A stretch of 64,000 nt of DNA from Hydrolagus colliei. Taxonomy: Eukaryota. Location: contig CM068742.1 of the NCBI GenBank assembly GCA_035084275.1, positions 66,526,001-66,590,000 on the forward strand, written 5' to 3'. The notes beneath the pieces were generated by a model. It had not been told where the DNA came from and made no database searches. It worked only from the letters and a program-made list of their open reading frames with translations. Each line of letters starts with the position of its first letter. Positions within the stretch are counted from its first letter, which is position 1. Shown in pieces: positions 47,801-59,520 of this stretch. The position numbers and the translations under genes are program-made.

Positions 47801-50800
47801 ATATACACACACACATACAGTATATATAAGCTAATGAACTGTATACTAATGTGGACTAACGTGGAGTCCCGTAGCTCAGTGGTTAGAGCACTCGCCTCGC
47901 AAGCGAGAGACCTGGGTCCAATTCCCGTCAGGGTGAAACCTTGGGCAAGTTTCCTTACTCCACACACCTGATAATAATCTCAAAAGCAAAAAACCTCCAA
48001 TAATTTAGGTCATTTCAATCTGCGACTGTTTGTGGGACATTGCTGTGCACAATTGAATGCCACGTGTTGCCCACAAATATACAGTCAACTCACTTTATGG
48101 TATGTCCTGTGGTGTACTTTGAGATGACCTGGGGATTTGTGTTAGTGATTCGTTGAAGGTGGCAGGACAGGTAGACAAGGCTGTTAAGAAGGCATATGGG
48201 ATACTAGGCTTTATAAATAGGGGTATAGAGTACAAAAGTCAGGAAGTGCTGACTAACCTCTATAAAACTTTGGTGAGGCCTCAGCTGGAATACTGTGTTC
48301 AATTCTGGTCACCACAATACAGAAAGGATGTGAAGACATTGGAAAGGGTACAAAGAAGATTTACTAGGATGGTGCCAGGATTGAGGGACTTCAGCTATGA
48401 GGAGAGGCTAGATAGGCTAGGGTTATTCTCTCTGGAGCAGAGAAGATTGAGGGGAGACCTAATAGAGGTTTATAAGATCATGAGGGGTTTCGACAGGGCA
48501 AATAGAGAAAAACTATTTCCACTCGTGGGCGAATCTGTGACTCGTGGTCACAGATTTAAAATAGTTTCAAGGCGAAGTAGAGGGGAGCTGAGGAGAAATT
48601 TTTTCACTCAGCGAGTTGTTCGAATCTGGAATGCATTGCCTGAAAAGGTGGTGGAGGCTGATTCGATAACAACTTTTAAAAGGGAATTAGATCTTTATTT
48701 AGGGAGAACAGGTCTATTAGGCTATGGGGAGCGGGCAGGGCAGTGGGATTGAATCGCTCTTTTCAAAGAGCCGGCACAGACTAGATGGGCCGAATGGCCT
48801 CCTTTTGTGCCGTAAAATTCTATGAATCTATGAATCTATGTCTAGAAGTGGTGATAAGGCACTATATTAAATGCAAGAATTACCATGATTACTATTACTG
48901 TATTATGTTCTAGACCCTCTGCAACCCTTTATAAATCCTTTTTGCAAATCTAACTATTTATAACCTTCTTATTCCTTCAATTTCATTGTCTCAGAGTGAT
49001 GAAGATCTTCCTCACAGGAATGAGAATGTTTTACCCTGGACCACTGTGCTATCTTATGATAGCAAGTTATACATCAAGATGATTGGGGAATGGTGTGAAG
49101 CAAGAAGAGGAGCTAATACAAAATAGTTTAACCTTGCCATAGGGAAAATATAGGTATAAATTGATATACAGAACATGCATTACCTGGGCAAAGAGTGCGG
49201 TGGCATCGGCTTTGTCTCATATGAAATACTCTTTTCCAACTAGAATGATTGAAAATTTACAATTATTAATATTAGGAAAATATTAATAATATTTAAAATA
49301 ATCCTTATTATGCAATACAGTGACAAATGTGCAGATCACCAGTTATATTATTTCAATATTCTTATCAATATACAGATTTGCAATTGTTTTGTGAAAATAT
49401 TGAATCTTCTACCCACAGGATGTAAAATATACCCTTGCAAAAATTATGCATTACATTCGAGTTTTCCACTCAATTATAATCTAATCATTAACAAGCCAAA
49501 AAGTACGTAACAAAAAATCCTTTTATTGGAACAAATGATGACATGAAATAAGAGACAATGCAGCCCATCAACCTCACTCCTTCAACTGTCTATAACAATT
49601 TATCCTATTATTTGTTCCACTTCATCCATTCCACTCAATAGGTGAAAGTTCAATACTCCTTGATCAGCAAAGGGAATGAGGCAAAACTCAATAATACTTA
49701 GATACTCAAATATCCCCAATCATTTTTTTGTACTACTCAAATCTATCCAGATATCCTGCAAGCAACATTCTCTGCTCCTTCCCACCCACTGACCCAGCTG
49801 GTATGAGGCCATTTATAAAATCACAAGAGAGATTCTGATGAAAAAGACCCCTCTTAATCTGATTTATCCTAAAGTTTTTGCATCACAGCATCAAGCTGCT
49901 TTATAAACAATTCCAGTGTCCTAGGCTCCATTGCTCTAGCTGGTAACCCATTCCAACTGTTCATCATCTGTGTAAGAATGCTCTATAGTATTTGTTCTAA
50001 AATTGGTCTTCAAAAAGCTATACTTGTGCCCTATATTCCTACAGTAAAAGCCTGTTTATCCGGCACCCGAACAACCGCAACTTCCGTATAACCAGCATCG
50101 CCAAAAAAAGGTCTGCATTCGATTAACCGGAATCTATCCAGAAAAATGCATTGAAATTTTGTATTTTTTTTTCATTTTCGGCCGAATATCCGGCAGGCGC
50201 TTTAACCGGCATTGGCCAGGTCCCAAGGGTGCCGGATAAATGGTCTTTTACTGTACCTTGCTCAGGGTTTACTTTGCCCATTGCATTTAACACTGTATGC
50301 ACATCAGGAAGTATATGTGAAATGCACAAGTTCAATACCCTCCTAAAACTGGAACTTTTCTAAAAATGTCTTTAAAAGGTCATTGAAAAACATATTCGGG
50401 TTTTCTGCCTTCTGGATTTTTTTTGTCGACATATTGCTAGATATATTTGAAATTGCCTTTGTTCTGCAGCGATATCAAGGATATAATAGAATCAGAATAA
50501 CTAGCTTGCAATCATGCTTTATACTTTGATCATCAAGAGATATAGGCACTAACATGTAAAATGGACAGAATGTAGCCATGGGTTTTCCATGCTGCCTGCC
50601 ATCATTCCTTTTGCTTTTCCAACAAACATGTGTCCCATGATATTCTTTTTCTGCATCCACTGTTGTCCTCAGGCAAAACCGTGACACCACCCTGCAGGCT
50701 GTATAAAGCACAGATAAAATTATAACTGAACTATCTTTGTACTTGTTATGGACTTCAATGCAGAGTAAAGATATTCAATAAGAGAATGAAAGCAGTGCTG

Positions 50801-53800
50801 AAACAAGGATTCATGCATTTCGAGAAGCTTCTCATTTCGAATGGGGTTAAGTGTGATTTAAAGAGATTACATTATAAAAGTATGGTTTGGGTGGATTGGA
50901 TGGTATAGTGGGAAAGCATATTTATATTTCAGTACTGGTATTTGTTTCTATTTTCAGTTCCGTCTGATGGGATGAATTTCTCTTTTAATTGGTCGTGTAT
51001 AAGTTATTTTTAATAAAATAGGATGCACTAGTCTCAAATCAATTCTTCATTGGTTTGAGCAAAAGTCTTCCCCTAGATTGCAATCTGCAATCTGATTTAT
51101 AGAGGCCACAGGACACAACAGCCAAAACAACCACTTGCACTTATACAGTGCTTTTCATGTAGGGTGAATGTCTGAAACTATTTGCTAGATAAATGATCCA
51201 ACAGAGATTTATTGACCACAGGCAAAGTTAGAGATGCTTTTAAAGGCAGTTGGATAGAAAGCAAGGCAAAGACATTTGGATGTGAAAATGTTGGAGAAAA
51301 ATTGAACCAGGAGACATGGTTGAAAGCTTGGTGGCATTAGTGGAACAGAAAGACTGAAGAATGAGCACAATTGGAAAGTGGAAGGAAAGGCAGAAGAATT
51401 GTGTGAAGGAAATGACATTAGAAGGGAGGGCTTTGAAAGTCAGGGCAATTATATTAAAATGAATCCAATTGGAAGTCAATTGAGCTCTGCAAGGCCGATC
51501 ATACACCAAATGCTAAAATTAGCCAATCTTTTCATTTTATGTTTACAATATGACATTCAGGAAAATGTCTTAAAATCCCTTGATGAGCACCAAAGCTTAC
51601 TTAAAGGAAAATATTTCAACTTTTTCATTGACCCCTGTATATGGGCAAGGAAGTTCTGGATAAACACATTAATAGAACATCAAGAGAGACTTTCCATAGT
51701 ACTGTACATACTATACTATGTACAATATATTTTTGCATGAGGAATGGACATACCATACATGGACATTACTACAGTTTGCTATATTGAAGCTATAATGACT
51801 GATAGAGTTGCCTACCTGGGTGGATGTCAGAGCAGACTGTAGACTGAGTCAGTGTGGTGAATAAACCATTGATTGCATCGTCATAGTTTTCTGCATAGAA
51901 CACATGTAATTCACTGGGATTGCTGGCTAAACTGTTCAGATCTTTCCACCTATAGACAGCACAACAATGAGTCAGAGAAAGACACTTCAGCTGAAGGATA
52001 CAATCAGCATCACAGAGTTCACAGTAAAACACTTACGATGGATGCTTAATCCCAACAGCAAATATGGTCATTCCGCTGTTCCTGGCCAAACTTAATGGAA
52101 GTGTTGCATTGTCTTGAGATTTACCATCGGTGAGAATCACAATTATTTTTGGTGCACCTTCCCGTGCTCCGTGAAATCCTTTATGCAAGACATACTTCAT
52201 TGCTCTACCAATTTCAGTACTGCCCCCCCTATGTTATAAAACGGAGAGGGAGGGAAGGGAGGAATTAGATTAATGCTTTAGAGAGAAATGGTGCAATGAG
52301 ATACAAAATGACACATTCCAGAAAAATAATTCTAGCACATGTCAAGAGTTTCATCTAAATCAGACAGACATGCCTGAATAAAATTCTTTTGATGGCTTCC
52401 TTTGCTTCCTCTTTTGTCGAGTAGATCTCCAACCCAAACTCTAGTTTAGGTTTTGTACTGAACTGGATCACTCCTATACGCACCTGTTCAGAAGACCACA
52501 AGACGTTTATAATGGCATAATATTGGCAAATGCTATAGCGTCAGTTTAGATTAACAGATTACAGTACTTCAACAAATAAACTCTGTCCTCAACTCGGGTC
52601 TGAAGCAGTGACTGGGACGTCCTCCTGACGTGAAAGGCACCATACAAGTGTAATTTGGTTGTTCTGACTTGCTAAAAATAATTTGTGCATTTGATATAAC
52701 GTCTTATCATACCAATGAGATGGCTCAAAGCTCACCACAACATAATTTGACTGTAAACTACATGACGCCTAACTTTAACATGCTTGTTGATGACATCAAT
52801 GGCAAATTTGGTCAATTTCTCAATATTGTCATTTGTTGTTAGGATTTAAAAAAAGCACAATTTGAAACAAACGCTTTAAATTTAGTCATCCATGATAAAT
52901 TTATAGCATATGGCATAATAGCACAGATTGGATCGGGGTTTTGGGGGGGTGTTGGAGGGGTGTTGGAGGGGGAAACAACTTCTCTCAGTTTTAGCACATT
53001 TTGCACATATAGGAAGTAAGAATAGGGTTGAAGCTGAAAGAGATCTACAGGTGTTAATTAACTTGTGATTGCTCTTTTCCAAGAAATGTGACTTAGAAAA
53101 TTGAAGCTATGCTGAAAAAATAATCAGTACAAAGCATACAATAATCAGTGAATTGCAAAGTTTGGATTCAACTGTTATTTTAAAACATGTTAGAAAACAT
53201 ATCTCAATGGCTGCTACTATTTGTCCTTTATTCCAGCATAGACTATTTGTTACCAATAAAGGGAGCTGACAAAGTCTGTGAGGCTACATTAGATTATTCT
53301 CACGTTCCAGCTACACACCCAGTCCCAGTGGGAGGGGGGATAAATCTGCCTGTATATTGGTGCTTGATTAATACCTACGTGATTGTACAGGGGATCACGG
53401 TAGCTTTTTTTTAAGCATAAATAACTTGTTTACTTTTACAATCAAATATAATGTAACTAGAGTTCTGTCAGAGTAATTGCGGCTTGTTATTGGTTCTAAA
53501 GGTTAACTGAGTCTGTTGACCTTTCACTTGACAGGTGTACTAAGTCTGCAGTACTAGGCTACAAACAGTAAGTGGAAGTTTAATTTATCACAAACATATG
53601 AATGGTCAGTGGACCTTATCAAATAAGGTAAATCATCAGGAGAGATGCACTTTTATTTTCCCACATCTGCTATAAGTCATTTCAATACAAATTTTAAAGC
53701 TAACTTTATTGTATTAACTTTCTGCAGATACACCTCTTACCCTGTCAGGATTAATGTCAAGAACATCACACAACTTGGTGGCAAAACGTTTTGATCTTTC

Positions 53801-56425
53801 AAAGCTTCCTTTGCCAATGCTATAGGATCCATCCATCAGTAATAAGACATCAATAGCTTCTGAGCATTGAATTACTAAAGAAAATAGGAAAGATATAATT
53901 TAAATTTAGAAGCATCAATTTCTCATGCAATTTTGATAGTTGTACATTAAGGTCTGACATATCTATTTGAATTTATGCATAATTTCAAATGAAATTTGGC
54001 ATTAATGCTGCTCTTAGAAGTAAAATATTAGGTACATAGGAATGGACAAGATCAGAATGCACTATTATGATCAATCTAGCTGATTCCAATGTAAAAAACA
54101 ATCATACAATGCTCTATCTCTCATACCCTTCAATTGATTTTTCACCAACTATCTAATTTCATTTTGAATTTGCTGACACAATATGCCTCTCTGAATAGTT
54201 CAATCTAAATATTCATCACTCTGTGGAAATAAATTACATTGAACTATCTGTTCACTTGCCTTCTTTGCAGACGCTCTATCGGAGAGAGAAAAACATCATT
54301 AGTGACACATTGCAAAGAATGGAATGATAGATTTTAGATTTACTGATGCAATTTACGCCACCAGCTATGATCAGTAAATCAGTAAACAACAGTAAATAAT
54401 AAGAGCAATCCATTTTTTAGGGATATCAAAATCTTCTGTATGTGTAGAAGTACCTCATATGTATTTCACATTGTTGGCTTTAAATGCAACTAAACAGATA
54501 ATTGCCTCTCCATCTTTCCGTATTTCAACTGTCATATGGCTAGTATTCATTAGATATTGATTGCTTAAATCTATTTGTAATAAAGTAGAAGCTAGTCTGC
54601 TTGACTCAACTTATTTATATGCTTCCCAGGTGAGATACACACTTAGCTTTTGCAATTCACTAATCTGAAGTTTCAGAATGTATAAAAAGTCCAACTTACA
54701 CTTTCCTGAAGACAAAATCTTTACTATTGTATCCTTGTCAGCCATTAGCTTATGCATGCCACGTCCTGGGGAAACTGGACATAGGCAAAACAAAGAAATG
54801 TATGTGAAGTGCAGTTGAGATTCTGAATGCCTTTTATATTGGAATTTCAGGTTGGAATCAAATCTATTTTTATGCAGACAATTCTTGCTGTAATGAGATG
54901 CACCAAGAAGACTCATAACATTACTGGGAAACTGATGGGTTTTAATCTACTTCTAAAAAGAAGAGCTTAGAATTGTTTTTCACTGAGAGAGAGTTATTGT
55001 GTTGTGGGATTCCCTGCAAGAATTCTGTTGAATGCAGAATCCACTGTGAGTTTCAAGAGGAAAGGAGACAGATACCATATATGAAGGATACATGTGTGAA
55101 AGGGTATGAGCAGAAGGCATGATGGAAGGGATTGAATGAATACCTCCTCAGGCCATTACACACTTGATGGGCTGAATGGCCTCCTTTTGTGCTGTAAATT
55201 TCCATGATTCTATAAATCCTCTTTATCAACTGAACACATTATTTCATGAAAGTTAAACCTCTGACTCCAGTGCTCCAATTTAACATTGCTTGGAATGCAG
55301 GAATACAAACAGCATATACAGTACACAGAAATTGATTGATCAATGTGATGTTTCTTAACAGATTCCATTATAAAATCTCACATTTCACCCCAGTATTATG
55401 AGAATAATAATTTGTATTTATTAGAACTAGAATAAATGTTTCAAAGTCGTTTACTATTAGTGAGGTTAACAATGGAAGATAATATAATATAGGCAACATA
55501 TAGAGGATAGAAAATTATTATAAAGGACTGTAAACCAGTTATCAGGGTCAAATGTTTCAGGTCCTACACTTGTGTGTTGGTATGGTTCAGTTGGTAGCAA
55601 TTACTCTTCTGAGTCAGAAAGGTCCACATCAGGAATTCAACTAATATACTCAGGCTAACACTCAATGCAGTGCTGTGTGATGTGCTGTAATATTGGAGGT
55701 GCTATCCTTCAGATGAGATGTTAAACATGTCTTCTTAATAATAATAATAATCATCATCCTTGCATTCGATATAGGACTTTTCACGTCTTCCAGACATCTC
55801 AAAGCGCTTCACAGAATACGTCTTCTAAACATCGTGTGGAGGAGTTGAAATTGACTAACAAAAGCAATATGAGAAAAGCAAAATAAGCCAAGTGCACTTA
55901 AGTGCAATGTGGGAAGCTCACTTTAGTGCTGTTTTAATGGGGCACTAAGATAAAACAAACCAAGGCAGCAAACGTAGCTTCCTGTGATGCTTTCAGTGGT
56001 GGAAGCTAAACAGCGGCCTCCGGTGGTAATGCAGATGTTGATGACTATATGTAACATGGGGATAGCAATGCCAAACCATCGCCAGGCTTCCGCAGAGGAA
56101 ATTGTTCTTCTGCACTCCAGCAACTTGTCAGGATATTACATGTGACTTGTATTGGATCTGTCATGGAGAGCTTTATACCATCACTCAATATTAATAATAC
56201 CATATTTTTCAGCAGCAATCTTCAATATAGAGAGCACAGACACACATTCTGAAAAAGGTTTTAGATTAAGGATGGTTAGTAATAAAATTGCAATAACTTA
56301 CATACACAGAATATCATAAAATAATGTTCACGACCACTCATTTTGAGAAGATGAAGTTGAAAAAAAATCCTACCTAAAACCACGAGTAAAAGCCCAAGAC
56401 GGAAACCTTGATCCAGACGTATCAT
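41338..56425 (-). CDS. VWA2: von Willebrand factor A domain-containing protein 2 (AMACO)-like; 11 coding exons, terminal exon unresolved
   Basis: Phase-consistent exons on -: 56425-56374, 54774-54700, 53874-53741, 52483-52374, 52228-52037, 51949-51816, 50698-50554, 49239-49184, 46190-46083, 43181-42612, 41889-41338 (2128 nt). Architecture signal-VWA-Cys-rich-EGF-VWA-VWA. Motifs [61 protein letters not shown] match VWA2 as recalled. Orthology versus paralogy is unresolved. Confidence 0.85.
42612..43181 (-). CDS. VWA2: VWA2-like exon, second VWA domain
   Basis: VPTVITDCTVDLLFLVDGSWNMG..GGNTFTGRALQY..KICGLNTP; 570 bp, phase 1-1. Confidence 0.94.
46083..46190 (-). CDS. VWA2: VWA2-like exon, EGF-like domain
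   Basis: [36 protein letters not shown], six-Cys EGF spacing. Confidence 0.95.
48127..48840 (+). mobile_element. Short CR1 copy, near-identical to 39900-40615, inserted in a SINE tail
   Basis: Same sequence with about a dozen substitutions over about 700 bp by eye; tail TTCTATGAATCTATGAATCTATG; SINE resumes at TCTAGAAG. Confidence 0.95.
49184..49239 (-). CDS. VWA2: VWA2-like exon (56 bp)
   Basis: ttctag|TTGG...CCAG|gtaatg; WKRVFHMRQSRCHRTLCP. Confidence 0.9.
50042..50253. mobile_element. Tigger-like MITE (212 bp)
   Basis: TA flanks; TIRs CAGTAAAAGCCTGTTTATCCGGCACC and GGTGCCGGATAAATGGTCTTTTACTG. Confidence 0.88.
50554..50698 (-). CDS. VWA2: VWA2-like exon, Cys-rich region
   Basis: CRVVSRFCLRTTVDAEKEYHGTHVCWKSKR..ATFCPFY; AG/GT ends. 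Confidence 0.9.
51816..51949 (-). CDS. VWA2: VWA2-like exon
   Basis: WKDLNSLASNPSELHVFYAENYDDAINGLFTTLTQSTVCSDIHP. Confidence 0.92.
52037..52228 (-). CDS. VWA2: VWA2-like exon
   Basis: GGSTEIGRAMKYVLHKGFHGAREGAPKIIVILTDGKSQD..IFAVGIKHP; AG/GT ends. Confidence 0.93.
52374..52483 (-). CDS. VWA2: VWA2-like exon ending in a GC donor
   Basis: VRIGVIQFSTKPKLEFGLEIYSTKEEAKEAIKRILF; TTCAG|gcatgt. Confidence 0.88.
53741..53874 (-). CDS. VWA2: VWA2-like exon, VWA1 with MIDAS DxSxS
   Basis: [47 protein letters not shown]/GT ends. Confidence 0.93.
54700..54774 (-). CDS. VWA2: VWA2-like exon
   Basis: gtccag|TTTCC...AAGT|gtaagt; VSPGRGMHKLMADKDTIVKILSSGK. Confidence 0.85.
55359..55550 (+). repeat. About 190-bp direct repeat, copy 1 (copy 2 at 57296-57488)
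   Basis: CAGATTCCATTATAAAATCTCACATTTCACCCCAGTATTATGAG...ACCAGTTATCAGGGTCA in both, with a few indels and substitutions. Confidence 0.93.
56374..56425 (-). CDS. VWA2: VWA2-like start exon, signal peptide (exon begins at 56437)
   Basis: ccattag|ATACATCTCAAG ATG..TTAG|gtagga; MIRLDQGFRLGLLLVVL, 52 coding nt. Confidence 0.8.
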
Positions 56426-56456
56426 CTTGAGATGTATCTAATGGATAGAAACAAAA

Positions 56457-56533
56457 ATAAAACACAATAGATATTAATCAAGATATGACGTTAGCTCAAC
56501 GTCATATCTTGATTAATATCTATTGTGTTTTAT
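56457..56533. repeat. Perfect inverted repeat, 36-bp arms, 5-nt loop
   Basis: ATAAAACACAATAGATATTAATCAAGATATGACGTT-AGCTC-AACGTCATATCTTGATTAATATCTATTGTGTTTTAT. Confidence 0.97.
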
Positions 56534-57295
56534 AGCGTAATGGTTCAGTAATCCAATCTCCAGCATCAATGTGAAACTGAATGGAGTAATAATAATCCTT
56601 GCATTCTGATATAGCGCTTTTCACATCTTATCGACGTCTCAAAGCGCTTCACAGAATTTACTGTATATTTGTAGGTGAAACACGGCCGCCAATTGCGCAC
56701 AGCAGTGTCCCACAAACAGTCATGGATTGAAATGACCAATTTTTATTATTGTGTTTTATTTGGAGGGATTGTTATTAGGCGTGTGGAGTAAGGAAGATGG
56801 AGTAAGGAAACTCGCCTAACTTTTCACCCTGTCAGGAAATCGAACTTAGGTCCCCTTTTGATAGAGAAACTCAAAAAGGAAGAACAAGGTTATATTGCAG
56901 CAATTGAATGAAATGTTATTTACCGCAAATATTGGTCAGAAATATTGTCATAATTTAGCCTCATCTAGAAGCCAAATATTACAAATAGTTTATCATCCAT
57001 GCATCTGATGTGTTTGGTAATTTTATGTAAAACATTTTCAAAGCCATTTTGCAGTCTAAACCCTTCTATGGGTTCAGACTTCGTGGGTGAATGTATCAAT
57101 ACTTACAAAAGAGATGGGAAATTTACAGCCACTACAACTTGTCAGTAAAATCCTACGAAATGCTCTGAGACATGAAATTAAAAGAAATGTTATTTCAAAT
57201 CCAAAGATGATGATGATGTTTGGGGTCTCCAAACGTTGCTTTATGCGCAAAATAGTGGCTGAGAATAAAAACTGCTGGATGCTTTTGCTGTGCTG

Positions 57296-57488
57296 CAGAT
57301 TCCATTATAAAATCTCACATTTCACCCCAGTATTATGAGAATAATAATTTGTATTTATGAGCACTAGAATAAATGTTTCAAAGTCTTTTTTTTTTACTAT
57401 GAGTGAGGTTAACAATGGAAGATAATATGATATAGGCAACATCTAGACAAAATTGTTATGAAGGACTGTGAACCAGTTATCAGGGTCA
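57296..57488 (+). repeat. About 190-bp direct repeat, copy 2
   Basis: Matches 55359-55550. Confidence 0.93.
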
Positions 57489-58109
57489 CATCACTACCTC
57501 ACATGAAGTCCGCCACATGAATGCAAGCAAGTTGCTTTTTTGTGATGTCGTTTAAAAAGTTATTTGAGAGATCTGGAGATATTTGAAAGCCTATTAATTC
57601 ACAGGTATCCATTTGGGTGGAAGAAGAACACTCTGGAGCGGTGGTAAAATCCCGGCACCATCCTGAGGGGTGGAAATCACACTTAGATTCGATGCCATTG
57701 AAACCCTAAATCACTCTGCGAATCACTCAGTCTCCAAATGGTCTGATGTTTTTAACGTGGTTTATAAAATCCCGGTAAACCTTGGAAGTGTGTGACAGTG
57801 AAATGACAGCATTGTGTGGGTGCCAAACACAATCGTTACTGCGGGTTAGACTTCTAACCCAGAACTGCTGTCCCTCTCTCAGGAATGGGCGACTGGAGAT
57901 CTCACGAGATCTCAGGCTTCTATACCTTGGTCAAATGCATTTTCCTGGTCTTCGGGGGAGACATTAGATGATTTCAAATGACAACTTTGCAATGGTCACG
58001 ATGACTGAGACTATTTTCAGTCTGATGGGGGGGGGGGGGGGGTGGACAGCCATGAACGTTGATGGATTTCACCCTCGACATTTGTGAGCAATAAACAGCT
58101 GAACTTCTT

Positions 58110-58253
58110 CCACCATCACAGCAAGCTTCTCACTAGCAAACCCCACCATCACAGCAAACTTCTCACTAGCAAACCCCACCATCACAGCAAACTTCTCACT
58201 CAGAAAACCCCACCATCACAGCAAGCTTCTCACCCAGCAAACCCCACCATCAC
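58110..58253 (+). repeat. 33-bp minisatellite, about 4.3 copies
   Basis: Unit CCACCATCACAGCAA(G/A)CTTCTCACTAGCAAACC. Confidence 0.93.
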
Positions 58254-59114
58254 TGTTTCCCACCATCAAAGAGTTGAAAAAAATACAACTCTTTTAAAGG
58301 TTGAATTTTGCTTATACATTATGAACACTTGGGTTTATTTTGTTAACAAAGATGAGGTAAAACAATTCAAACAGTTCGGGATGACTGTGGAACACTGTGT
58401 ATATGTACTTGAAGAGTGTATTAGTATTATGATAAGAGTGGGAAACTCACCTCAGCAAGGCTCTAACCCTTGGAGGGAAGCAGAATGAAGGGAGGATTAG
58501 TTGATGGGACTTGCAGCTGTGTCCTCTTGTCGGTTTCTGGCTCCTGTTCCCACGTGGCATTGCAGCCAGGTAGAGAGGGAGAGAGCAGCTCTAAACCTGA
58601 CCAATCTACAATTCATCTGCTCACTCAAATTCCTACTGTCACTTTCCTGTAGTTCAGTGGTTAGAGCATTGCCCTTGCAAGTGAGAGAGCTGGGTTTGAT
58701 TCCCCGCAGGGCGAAACTTTGGACACGTTTCCTTAATCCACATGCCTAATAATAAACCCTAAAAAAAATCATTTCAATCCTTGACTGTTTATGGGACACT
58801 GATGTGTGTAATTGGCTGCTGCATTTCACCCACAAGATATACAGTCAATTCACTTTACAGTATATATTCTAGAAGATGTGAAAAGTTCTATATTAAAAAA
58901 AAACAAGGATTCTTCTAACACCTGTACACATTGCAGCCCTGGGGGCACTTCTGAAGGTGGATTGCACCTTCTCCTTTTGCTGATATCCCGGTAACAGCAA
59001 GAACGAATATCCAAGAAGGTTTGATTTTGGAGGGGAGTGAGGGAGAGATACTGCGTTCATATCTGAGGTTTGCAAGAGAAAGGCTAACACCCAGCACAAG
59101 CCTGCTCAAAGTCT

Positions 59115-59520
59115 GTAAAACAACAACAACAAAATTACATTTGTATAGCGCTTTTCACGTTAGGAGAACATCCCAAGGCGCTGGACAGTCAGAGTTTTAC
59201 CCAAGCTGGTGTCGGGATCGGGAAGGGTGGAGAGAAAGGCAGGTGGGGGGGTGAACGTAGAAGAGATAGGTCTTGAGGTGGGACTTGTAGGAGGCCAAGT
59301 AAGGGGTGAGGCAGAGGGATTGCGGGATGGAATTCCAGAGGTTGGTGTCAGAGTGGTCGAAGGCTCGCCTGCTGATGGTGGATGGGTGGATCGGGGGACA
59401 TGGACTAGGCTGGAGCCCGCTGAGCAGAGGGAATGGGCAGGTTGCTAGGGGTTTAGGAGGTCACAGAGGTAGGGTGAGTCCAGGCCATGGAGGGCTTTAA
59501 AAGTGAGGACCAGGATCAAA
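59115..59520 (-). mobile_element. L2 3' fragment
   Basis: (CAA)n tail on +, body similar to the 18831 L2; further fragments at about 43965-44120(-) and 47120-47340(+). Confidence 0.75.

Noticed and set aside
47862-47935. tRNA-Ala-like gene (A/B boxes, CGC/TGC anticodon loop)
   Set aside because: It is the head of the SINE: continues into the SINE body, lacks a proper acceptor stem, and occurs in many diverged copies
41338-53874. Matrilin or collagen VI/XII VWA gene
   Set aside because: The VWA-Cys-rich-EGF-VWA-VWA order and CPFY.WKRVF motif are VWA2-specific; no collagen triple helix or coiled coil seen
58110-58253. CRISPR-like array
   Set aside because: Head-to-tail 33-bp units with no unique spacers, in vertebrate DNA with no cas genes
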